Assembly (NCBI GenBank): GCA_018813505.1
Contig: JAHJBM010000056.1
Span: 1-57,672 of the forward strand
Source: Candidatus Micrarchaeota archaeon
GTDB taxonomy: Archaea; Micrarchaeota; Micrarchaeia; Anstonellales; Bilamarchaeaceae
Reading direction: 5' to 3'
DNA: 57,672 nt
Shown piece after piece: positions 1-8,355 of the stretch (its first letter is position 1; each line of letters opens with the position of its first letter). A model generated the notes under the pieces. The model saw only the letters and a list, made by a program, of their open reading frames with translations, searched no databases and was not told the DNA's origin. Position numbers and translations under genes: made by a program.

Positions 1-21
1 AAAAAATTAATATTTCAAGAA

Positions 22-555
22 ATGCTTCCACCTGCAATTATTGATATTAAATCAAGAAAAGTGTGGACTGCACTGCCAGCAACTCCTTTATATGATTTAT
101 ATCATCAGTACGACAAAAGTGGTGACACGAGAAGACTAAATCCTCTCGTGCATTTTTGCAAAGAATTCGACCAATCGCCATATCTGGCAAGCATATTTCA
201 TCCATTGTTGGCTACTCATGCGGCAATGGGCGCGTTAAGCCAGGCAAAATGTCGTATGGCTATCTGGGAAAAGTTTCACAATGAATCGACCGGGCCATCT
301 TGTATTGAAGAATTAGTTAACACATCTATGAGAACTCGGATATGGGCCCATTCAGTCACATTCACGGTTGGGATGATTATAGGGGCATCGCAGGAATTGA
401 TGGGTCTGGCAATTGGTGGTTTTGATGGTGATATTGTTGGTTCGGTTAAGAGAATGTCAGTTTACGCAGTATCTACGTTGATCTTTAGTTCACCAATTTT
501 GAGAATCATAATAAGAATAAGGGAAGAAATAGAAAAATATAAAAATAAAGAATAA
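22..555 (+). CDS. hypothetical protein (177 aa) with hydrophobic C-terminal third
   Basis: Only long ORF in the interval, convergent with the next gene. No motif I recognise. Confidence 0.35.
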   Translation: MLPPAIIDIKSRKVWTALPATPLYDLYHQYDKSGDTRRLNPLVHFCKEFDQSPYLASIFHPLLATHAAMGALSQAKCRMAIWEKFHNESTGPSCIEELVNTSMRTRIWAHSVTFTVGMIIGASQELMGLAIGGFDGDIVGSVKRMSVYAVSTLIFSSPILRIIIRIREEIEKYKNKE

Positions 556-557
556 AA

Positions 558-2453
558 TTATTTCAGTCTTAAGGCTTCAAGATCTGCAAGCGATCTGGCT
601 TCTTTTCTTAACATCGCTCCACCTGCCCTTGCGAAATCATCTGTTTTACCCCAGTCACCGTGCATTGTAAGTATTCTTTCTGGTTTTGGGTAAAGATTCT
701 TAAGATATGCCATGAGCTGTGCCCTATCACTGTGGCCGGAAAACCCTTCTGCTACTTCAACACGCATATTTATCTTCAGGTTTTTCATCTTGCCATCGTC
801 ACCAAGTATGGGGATCTCAGTCATGCCCTTTTGTATCTTACTACCTAGAGAAAGTGCGCTCTGATAACCTACAAATACCAGTGAATTCTTAGCATCTTCC
901 GCCATCAGCTTCAGGTATTCAAATGATGGTCCTCCTGTAAGCATACCAGACGGTGCAAGTATTACTGAAGGTTCACCATTGATTATTTCTTCTCTGGATG
1001 TACCTCTGGCAACTTTTATAAGTGGTGATTCAAACGGACTTCTGTCAGATAAAATGCGTCTCTGGAGTTGTTCCCTGAGATATTCTGGATAGGCCGTATG
1101 TATTGCAGATGCTTCTAGGATCATACCATCGATATATATCGGCATATTAAATTCTGGATTTCTTCTTGTATATTCCTCAAGCACCAGCATAAGTTCCTGT
1201 GATCGTCCAACTGCAAAGACTGGGATAAGGACATGGCCTCTCTTATCCATGGTCTCTTTTATGATGCTCATAAGCCGTCTTTCGCTTTCAAAACGATTTA
1301 CTGATATATCATTCCTACCACCATAAGTACTCTCTATAAATAATGTTTCCAGTCTTGGGAATTTTGTGGTTGCAGGATCAAACAGCCTAGTAAATCCGAA
1401 TTTAAGATCACCACTATAAACAAGATTGTGTGCACCTTCACCTATGTGAAGATGGACACTTGCGCTTCCAAGTATATGCCCGGCATTATAAAGCGTCATT
1501 TTTATCTCTGGGGTTATATCAACAACTTCCTCATAATTCACAGTGATAACATTTCTAAGTTCTCTGTAAATGTCTCTTTTCGTATATGGGGCATCAACAT
1601 TGAACACCTTGTTACAAAGGTTCAGGTAATCTTGCTGCAAAAGAATCATGAAATCTCTTGTGGGTGGGGTACAATAAACTGGGCCATCATATCCATATGC
1701 AAAAAGATACGGGAGGAATCCCATGTGGTCCATGTGTCCATGGCTTATCACGACCGCATCTATATCTTTCAGTGAAAATCCTGCCATGTTAAGATATGGG
1801 TATGCCTTTGTTGGATCAGATGTTGCGGTGTTCACTCCAACATCAATAAGCACCTTACTATTCGGTGTTTGTACAAGAAGGCATGATCTACCTACTTCAC
1901 GAAAACCACCCAACATCACTGTTCTTATCCATTCGCTTGGGGGGGATGATTGACATATTTTTTTCCCTATATTTATCAGGAACTTCTTTCTATCGGCAGC
2001 TTCAACCACTGAGATCTTGCGTACACCCTCAAGAGTTACTGATGGCATGGTTGGTGCTCTTAATGTCACTGGGGCCCATCTTGTATTAAGCATGATTTGT
2101 TTTAGTATCGAGCCACCCTTACCTATTACCAAGCCTGGTTTTATGGCTTCAATACGAACTTCACATACCTCTGGCACGAATGTAATGTTTTTTATTTCTG
2201 CACCTGAAGGTATAAGTTCTTCTATGATTTTCTTTGCCTTGTCGATTGGCATAAGATTAGCCGGGTCTACCCTTATGGTGACCTTCTTTTTCAGCGCACT
2301 TGCAAGTTCTTTTATGAGTCTTTCGTTTGAGTAAAATGCCTCAATATCCTTTATGTAAATAACTGTGGACAAACCTTCTGGTTCTACTTTCGTAACCTCG
2401 CAATTGCTAGGCATTATTTCATTGATTCTTTTTACTATATCCTTATAATGCAA
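558..2453 (-). CDS. fttA: aCPSF1/FttA-type beta-CASP ribonuclease (two KH domains + metallo-beta-lactamase + beta-CASP); archaeal transcription termination factor
   Basis: KH GxxG motif (VIGKGGSILK), MBL signature VISHGHMDHMG, C-terminal GFSGHSD and MHGD motifs. The 631-aa length is typical of archaeal CPSF1. Confidence 0.93.
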   Translation of the reverse strand: MHYKDIVKRINEIMPSNCEVTKVEPEGLSTVIYIKDIEAFYSNERLIKELASALKKKVTIRVDPANLMPIDKAKKIIEELIPSGAEIKNITFVPEVCEVRIEAIKPGLVIGKGGSILKQIMLNTRWAPVTLRAPTMPSVTLEGVRKISVVEAADRKKFLINIGKKICQSSPPSEWIRTVMLGGFREVGRSCLLVQTPNSKVLIDVGVNTATSDPTKAYPYLNMAGFSLKDIDAVVISHGHMDHMGFLPYLFAYGYDGPVYCTPPTRDFMILLQQDYLNLCNKVFNVDAPYTKRDIYRELRNVITVNYEEVVDITPEIKMTLYNAGHILGSASVHLHIGEGAHNLVYSGDLKFGFTRLFDPATTKFPRLETLFIESTYGGRNDISVNRFESERRLMSIIKETMDKRGHVLIPVFAVGRSQELMLVLEEYTRRNPEFNMPIYIDGMILEASAIHTAYPEYLREQLQRRILSDRSPFESPLIKVARGTSREEIINGEPSVILAPSGMLTGGPSFEYLKLMAEDAKNSLVFVGYQSALSLGSKIQKGMTEIPILGDDGKMKNLKINMRVEVAEGFSGHSDRAQLMAYLKNLYPKPERILTMHGDWGKTDDFARAGGAMLRKEARSLADLEALRLK

Positions 2454-2514
2454 TTAAACACCTCAATAAGTATTAGGGAAAATTTAGATCTAATGAAAAA
2501 AAAAGAAATTTATC

Positions 2515-3153
2515 TTAGGAGCCCAAAAGTTTTTTCACATCTTCTTTACTCATTCTTTGGAAACCATCTTTTGTTACTGTTGTCAGGTCTACTCGTTCAC
2601 CGCTTGCAGCATCTCTTTTCATGGCTGCACTAACTGCCTTTGCGGCGATAGGAAGATTAACCGAGATACTTTTTCCTTCAACATACATTTCTTCAAGTAC
2701 ACCATATGCTATCGGTGAGCCGCTTCCTGTTGAAGTGAGGTTTTCTTCTGTAATTCCTCCAAGCATATCGACGGAGAACAATCTCGCTCTTTCATCCATA
2801 CCTCCTATAAGGAGTTGGACAAAGAACGGGAAAAACTTATATTGTGAAAGTATGTTACTGAGAAGCGTTGCTGCTGCACTAACACTCGCTCGTTTTCCAT
2901 GCTTGAGCTCATAGAGTTTAAGTTCAGATGTCATCCATCTAACTAATGTTTGTGCATCGCCAACACTACCTGCAATGGTCATTGCGATATTATCACTTAT
3001 CTGATATATCTTATCAATATCCTTGCATGCAATGAGGTAACCCATTGTCGCTCTTCTATCCGAAGCCAATACTATTCCGTCGGTGCATACTAGACCAACT
3101 GTTGTAGTACCTGTCTGTTTTGCTTCTTGACTATATTTGACACTACTTTCCAT
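2515..3153 (-). CDS. psmB: proteasome subunit beta
   Basis: Short propeptide followed by G/TTTVGL (Thr1 nucleophile), then DRRAT and GSVGDAQ motifs. 212 aa. Confidence 0.93.
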   Translation of the reverse strand: MESSVKYSQEAKQTGTTTVGLVCTDGIVLASDRRATMGYLIACKDIDKIYQISDNIAMTIAGSVGDAQTLVRWMTSELKLYELKHGKRASVSAAATLLSNILSQYKFFPFFVQLLIGGMDERARLFSVDMLGGITEENLTSTGSGSPIAYGVLEEMYVEGKSISVNLPIAAKAVSAAMKRDAASGERVDLTTVTKDGFQRMSKEDVKKLLGS

Positions 3154-3233
3154 TTATATCACGTGGGAGAACAAGTTATATCTTATACTCAAGGGTAAAA
3201 TTTTTAAATGAATATGTGTGGTTTGAAGGGGGG

Positions 3234-4295
3234 CTATTTTCTGCAAGTTCTTATTTTCTTACAATTTCCTGCATTTGGTATGTTGTTTCCAAGTTTCCCT
3301 GAGACTCTCAGATATTCGCTAACCATAACGTCCAGCTCATGTTTCGGAATCGAAGGCCCGCCATTTTGTTCCTGTCGAAATGCGCTTCTGAGTGTTTCCC
3401 TGAGCATTCTAATCCAAATACCGTCATGTTCAATGCCGATGCCAGCTTTCTCGATTGGTGTCTTTATATGATACTTTGGATTTGCTATTATGTGTATGAA
3501 TTTGGCCAACAATTCATGGTCTATACACTTCTGCCTATTATCCCTGCTCTCAAAAAACTCACGTATCTTCGGTATAAGTAGGTATTCATCTCCCTTATTG
3601 ATGATGGCAACGCCATCCATCTTCTCTAAGTATACTTCCAACCATCCTCTGGCCACATATGAAGCATTGCTAAAAACTATGCATTGATACCCACTATCAA
3701 TTACATTCTCAACAAATTCTGCAAAAGTTGTATTATCATTTCTGAAAACCACATCCGTAATCACAATGTCAATATGTCTTGTTTCAAGGATCTCAAGCGC
3801 ATCATCAGGGTCGTTTGCAGTAGTAACAAAAAATCCTTCACCAAAAAGTTTTTGTTTTGTTGTTTCGCGCGATTCATAATCGTCTTCAACAAGGAGGATT
3901 TGAGGAATCGCTTTATCTCCAAGTGCTCTTAGGACCGCAGCTGCAATTTCTTTCTGCCGTGCTGGCTTCATGACTACATGCTCTGTGATACGGTCTGGTA
4001 TATCTTCCCACTCTGCTCCTGTTACAAACACGACTGGTAATTTTTGTTTTGTTATCTCCTTCAAGAATGTCTTAAAAAGCGTTCTTTCCTTTTTGGTTTC
4101 CCAATAAACATCAGTGACAACCATATCTATGCTTCCTGATCTTGATAAAAGTGTAGTGGTGGCTTCTTGAACACTGGCACAACTAATAATTTCAAGACCA
4201 TATTTTTGCAAGCTTTTGGTTGTGAAATCGTTATGTAATTTTGTATCTTCAAGATATAGTACTGTGGGTTTGCTGAGTTGGACAGACTCTGCCAT
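3234..4295 (-). CDS. response-regulator-like protein with two receiver (REC) domains and an unassigned ~120-aa C-terminal domain
   Basis: Two CheY-like modules: VLYLEDT...MVVTDVYW...VVFVTG and ILLVEDDYESRE...IDIVITDVVF. No histidine kinase in the window. Confidence 0.6.
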   Translation of the reverse strand: MAESVQLSKPTVLYLEDTKLHNDFTTKSLQKYGLEIISCASVQEATTTLLSRSGSIDMVVTDVYWETKKERTLFKTFLKEITKQKLPVVFVTGAEWEDIPDRITEHVVMKPARQKEIAAAVLRALGDKAIPQILLVEDDYESRETTKQKLFGEGFFVTTANDPDDALEILETRHIDIVITDVVFRNDNTTFAEFVENVIDSGYQCIVFSNASYVARGWLEVYLEKMDGVAIINKGDEYLLIPKIREFFESRDNRQKCIDHELLAKFIHIIANPKYHIKTPIEKAGIGIEHDGIWIRMLRETLRSAFRQEQNGGPSIPKHELDVMVSEYLRVSGKLGNNIPNAGNCKKIRTCRK

Positions 4296-4352
4296 AATCG
4301 AGTTGTGTTAAGAGGCATATTTAAATGGCTATGTTGTTGTGCAACGGTTGGC

Positions 4353-5159
4353 TTATACTTTCACAGAAAGCTTTTCTTCACCGTCAAATTCAGTCAACAG
4401 TCCGTCCTGTTCCTTGAGAAGTTCGAGATATTCCTTTTGAAGTGAGTTGAACTCATTCTCCTCTTCATCGCTAAAGATCTTCACATGCCGTTGCGCGTTC
4501 TTCAGCTGTATCGGTGGAGTAATCTCGGTTATTCTTTTCAAATTCAACTCAAGTTTTTCCTTTATCTCTTGATTAACCCACACATGCCTGGTTCTTAGTT
4601 CGACTCTTGTTTCTTCATCATTGCCATTATCTGGTGCAAGTTGATTGTCAGTTAATCTGCAGTGTATTCCGCATCTATTCAGGAATCGTGCAAGGTTTTT
4701 GCGGTTGATTTCAGAAAGTGAATCAATTATCATTGGTTCATTGAGTTTACCTGCACGCACTGCGGTTGTGATCATTTTCTGTTCGCTCTCACCAGTCTTT
4801 GCGATCATTAATACTACTTTTGCAATTTCGAGGCGATTTATAAAATTCTCTTTTACTATCTCTCCCTTTTCAATTAATGTTTCATAGATCTGTCCTTCTT
4901 TTGCCATTATGGCTTCCTTGATCTGCGGATGGGTATGTTCATTAAGTTGGTTACTAAGATTTTCCAGTTTATTCTGATTTGGATATATTATCTCTATATT
5001 GCATGATCTGAGCTTTGCTTCAAGTTCTTTTGCATTATTATTCATGCGGTCAAGTTCCTTTTGACAGTCTGCGTTAAGGACCTTTATTTTGAATTCTGCC
5101 TCAGCCTTTCTTTTTCTTAGTACGATTAGTTTTGTTATGTCTGTTACCGTGACCTCCAT
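4353..5159 (-). CDS. hypothetical coiled-coil protein (268 aa)
   Basis: Lys/Glu-rich heptad-like sequence. The annotated start overlaps the upstream gene by 59 nt, so the true start may be an internal Met (about 5048). Confidence 0.4.
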   Translation of the reverse strand: MEVTVTDITKLIVLRKRKAEAEFKIKVLNADCQKELDRMNNNAKELEAKLRSCNIEIIYPNQNKLENLSNQLNEHTHPQIKEAIMAKEGQIYETLIEKGEIVKENFINRLEIAKVVLMIAKTGESEQKMITTAVRAGKLNEPMIIDSLSEINRKNLARFLNRCGIHCRLTDNQLAPDNGNDEETRVELRTRHVWVNQEIKEKLELNLKRITEITPPIQLKNAQRHVKIFSDEEENEFNSLQKEYLELLKEQDGLLTEFDGEEKLSVKV

Positions 5160-6849
5160 AAATTTTCCCCTTTAGTGTATACAGTATAATGAATAGAATA
5201 AATAAAAAGATTGAGATAATCACAATTATGCCATAATAATATGAATTATCAAAATTATCCTCGGTTTTCGTAGGTATTTCTACAGTTTTTATCTCCTGCG
5301 TCATGTTTTCTGTTGCCCTATCAAGTTCCTGTGCGAGCCTAAAAATCTTATATGCGGTATTTGTTTCGTTCATATGATAAAGAAATGCTGCATGTGATTG
5401 GTATATTCCGCCCCACAGCGAGGTTCTATTCTCGTCTATCATTTGCACAACCTCTATGGCAACCGATCTATTTGATATATCTCTATCTGCATTTTCCATT
5501 GCAATAACATATGCACTATCATATATGGCGGCACCATATCTTCCTTTGTCATAGGAATCCTGTGCAATAATAAGTCGTGATGCTGTTTCTGGTAGCATGG
5601 TACCTGTTGCCTCGGCATTTTCTAGCATGTCTTGTGCAAGTTGTTTCCATGCGCTTTCGTTGATCACATTCCCGTCATCAGGTGTGGATTTTATGGTCTC
5701 TTTGGCAACCATACACCATGCTTCTGCATACACAAGCTCATTATATCTTACGAATTTTTCATCTGCAAGCAGGTCATTTACCTCTGTTGTCTGTAGTCTG
5801 TCATATGCCCATGCCTGTCTAAGGTCTGAACCAACAACCCATTCAAAATTTGTGTCTGTTATATTTGGTCTCACTATGCTGGTCAGACATTTGCCTATCT
5901 CTCCTTTCTTACGTGGCAGGTCTACATCGCCTGATAATAGTGTATTTATTGTCGATATATCTATGTAATTCAGGAATGCCTCGTTTGCGGCTGTGAAAAT
6001 ATATCCCTGTCCAAGTATTCCTTCCTGTCTCTGGATCTCATTGCTGAAATACTCATATATCTGTAGGCTTTCATTGTCTCTGGTCTGTATTGTTTCTATC
6101 AGACTTTGTTCTAGTGTTATCATTCTTCCTGCAACTTCCCTGAAATTTGCAATTCCTTGGCCCTGATAATCATATTCAGGTAATGCTGGGATTTCCCTTT
6201 TTCTTGATGTTAGGGGATTTTGTTCAATACTTCTGTTTTCTGTCATAAACCCTATGACATCGTTGACTGTGGATGCCTCAAACACTATTATACTATGCTC
6301 TTTTTCAAGTTTTTTGAGGATAAGGTGCTCATAAAGGCTCTGTGGTGGAGTGATAAAATAATCTGCACCGACCAGTATCGCTCCTTTTGCTTTTTCATAC
6401 AATCCGCCAACAATCCCTACATTGCCATTATTATCTACTGTGCCGGTTATTACCGTATCATTCCTCATGGTCTTATTGGTCATTACACTATACATCATGA
6501 CTGCGAGTGCAGTGCCTGCACTTGGTCCATCTATGAAAGCAGTATCTTGAACAGGTTTGAATGTTATAATAAGATCGCATTTCCGTTCTTCACCTGAAAT
6601 TTCATATGCATAATCAGATGCATGTATTATTGATTCCTGAGTCATCAGACCAGTATTTGGGTAGATGCTGACATATACTCCTCCTCGATCCATCTGCGTA
6701 TCAATCATGGCTATTGTTACATTTACCATTGCACCATTGTTTCCGACAACCGCGGGGATATAATGTGTTACCTGCCCTCCGCATGTATAAGAAACAGATA
6801 TAATCGTTAGTATCAGAATTAGGAAAACAAAAAAAGTCCTCATAGTCAT
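5101..6849 (-). CDS. extracytoplasmic Lon-like (peptidase S16 fold) serine protease domain protein with signal peptide, helical middle region and C-terminal TM anchor
   Basis: N-terminal signal peptide MTMRTFFVFLILILTIISVSYTCGG. Lon proteolytic-domain signatures DGPSAGTALAV (Ser) and GGLYEKAKGA (Lys). C-terminal TM YYYGIIVIISIFLFILFIILY followed by a basic tail. No AAA+ module. Confidence 0.65.
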   Translation of the reverse strand: MTMRTFFVFLILILTIISVSYTCGGQVTHYIPAVVGNNGAMVNVTIAMIDTQMDRGGVYVSIYPNTGLMTQESIIHASDYAYEISGEERKCDLIITFKPVQDTAFIDGPSAGTALAVMMYSVMTNKTMRNDTVITGTVDNNGNVGIVGGLYEKAKGAILVGADYFITPPQSLYEHLILKKLEKEHSIIVFEASTVNDVIGFMTENRSIEQNPLTSRKREIPALPEYDYQGQGIANFREVAGRMITLEQSLIETIQTRDNESLQIYEYFSNEIQRQEGILGQGYIFTAANEAFLNYIDISTINTLLSGDVDLPRKKGEIGKCLTSIVRPNITDTNFEWVVGSDLRQAWAYDRLQTTEVNDLLADEKFVRYNELVYAEAWCMVAKETIKSTPDDGNVINESAWKQLAQDMLENAEATGTMLPETASRLIIAQDSYDKGRYGAAIYDSAYVIAMENADRDISNRSVAIEVVQMIDENRTSLWGGIYQSHAAFLYHMNETNTAYKIFRLAQELDRATENMTQEIKTVEIPTKTEDNFDNSYYYGIIVIISIFLFILFIILYTLKGKIYGGHGNRHNKTNRTKKKKG

Positions 6850-6892
6850 TTTTCTTCACATTCGTTTAAATATTTACCTAAGAAATCTATTC

Positions 6893-7417
6893 ATGGCGAA
6901 TATGCTGGACAGCTTTCAAGAAAGACTTCAGAAAGTCCGCGCAGGTATGCGAAAGATCGAGGATCTAGCATTTAACATCTACGAAGAATTTGATGAACAA
7001 TTTCTTACCCGTATTTACAGGGATGAACTCGGAGAGGTCTCTGTTCATGTGTTGTCAAATGATCTTAACAAGGATATCTCAACCATAGATCAGATATTTG
7101 ATCTGATCGCAAATCCGCCTGCTTCTGATTTCTACCGCGTTAAAATGCATACTTGCTCATGTTCAAAATTAAAACACCTGCAGCCAAAAGGCAAGATCCT
7201 GCTTAAAACAGTCAGAAATCTAAAAAAGCTCACAGCCGCAAAAAAATGCCTTCAAAATGATTTTTCATTAAGGCAGGTAGTGCTAAGGCAAAACGGCAAT
7301 GCACTTGAGATCCATGCAAAAGGGAAGGAACTTTCTATAATCGGTCGTTCACTAAACCAAATAAAGAAAAAGATTCGGGTTGTTGGTTTTTCTTCTATTC
7401 TTATCAGAGTTTCTTGA
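6893..7417 (+). CDS. hypothetical protein (174 aa)
   Basis: Only long ORF in the interval. No recognisable motif. Confidence 0.35.
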   Translation: MANMLDSFQERLQKVRAGMRKIEDLAFNIYEEFDEQFLTRIYRDELGEVSVHVLSNDLNKDISTIDQIFDLIANPPASDFYRVKMHTCSCSKLKHLQPKGKILLKTVRNLKKLTAAKKCLQNDFSLRQVVLRQNGNALEIHAKGKELSIIGRSLNQIKKKIRVVGFSSILIRVS

Positions 7418-8006
7418 ATGCAAGAATACCTTTTTCTGTTCTGAAAAAAGTGTATCCTTCTGACAAATAAAGTTTTTCAAGTTGGTTTCCTGCTTCTGTT
7501 ATGTAGTCAGCAATGCTACCTTTGGGTATGTCTTCATATAAATACCCGATTCCATATTGGAGTTTTTGTTCAACTACTTCTTTTTCCCGCTCTTTTAGTA
7601 ATATACGCCGTACTCCTCTGCCTTCATAAGCCAACAATACTGCTGGATCTTCCATATAAAGTGCATTTGCCTCACCACCTGTGATCGTTTTACTCTCAAT
7701 ATCTAGTTTGGCCGGCCATGCTAGTCCAACACCGATTATCATCCTGTTTACTGTTGCACCGAAACTTCTTCCATAATCAATTATGCTTTTTACCTCTGCT
7801 TCGGTGACATCAAACGCACATTTACGCATTACCTTAACACATTCATCTACGTCTTCATCTGTTAATCGTTGTATCTCTATTTCTTCCTCATCAAGAAGGT
7901 TAAGAAATTTTATTTTGTTCTCTTCTTTTTCATTTGCATCTTTTTTCGTTTCTTGTTTAAAAGATTCCATATTTCTCACATAAATCGTGTGCCACATGAA
8001 GGGCAT
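7404..8006 (-). CDS. GNAT-family acetyltransferase-like protein
   Basis: Acetyl-CoA motif-A-like LLAYEGRGVRRILL. An alternative start at MESFK (7970) would reduce the overlap with the upstream gene to 7 nt. Confidence 0.5.
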   Translation of the reverse strand: MPFMWHTIYVRNMESFKQETKKDANEKEENKIKFLNLLDEEEIEIQRLTDEDVDECVKVMRKCAFDVTEAEVKSIIDYGRSFGATVNRMIIGVGLAWPAKLDIESKTITGGEANALYMEDPAVLLAYEGRGVRRILLKEREKEVVEQKLQYGIGYLYEDIPKGSIADYITEAGNQLEKLYLSEGYTFFRTEKGILAFKKL

Positions 8007-8314
8007 TTAGTATACAGAAATTCCATTCTATATCCACATATAGGACATATATAATAAGTCTTTTTAGCCCTTTCTAATTCGGCTTCAAATTCATAATAAC
8101 ATTTTAAGCATTTTTTTATGTCAAGTTCATTCAGTGCATTGCATCTCGGGCACTTTCTTCTGAACATGCTTTTTATGCGTATTCCACATTTGGGGCATCT
8201 TTCCATACTCAGGTTTACTGTCTCACCGCAATTTGGACAGCTCTGCGAGTGGTTCTTTCCATGGTGCGCATCCCTGCCTTTTACCATCCCGCTGATAATA
8301 TCTCCAAGTCCCAT
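7976..8314 (-). CDS. small protein with three tandem zinc-ribbons
   Basis: Three CxxC-N(9-13)-CxxC units: CPNCG..CPKCG, CPRCN..CLKCY, CPICG..CPSCG. Confidence 0.65.
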   Translation of the reverse strand: MGLGDIISGMVKGRDAHHGKNHSQSCPNCGETVNLSMERCPKCGIRIKSMFRRKCPRCNALNELDIKKCLKCYYEFEAELERAKKTYYICPICGYRMEFLYTKCPSCGTRFM

Positions 8315-8355
8315 GTTAATTGTCCATCCAAATCATTGCTCCTCGTTAACCCTGG

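Noticed and set aside
660-2334. Five plus-strand ORFs (62-115 aa) inside the fttA gene, and similar antisense ORFs inside psmB, the giant gene (for example the His-rich 10467-10910), the MP genes, lonB and others
   Set aside because: All lie antisense to long genes with strong motif support. They have odd composition (Cys/His/Leu/Phe-rich, typical of shadow frames in AT-rich DNA) and no motifs.
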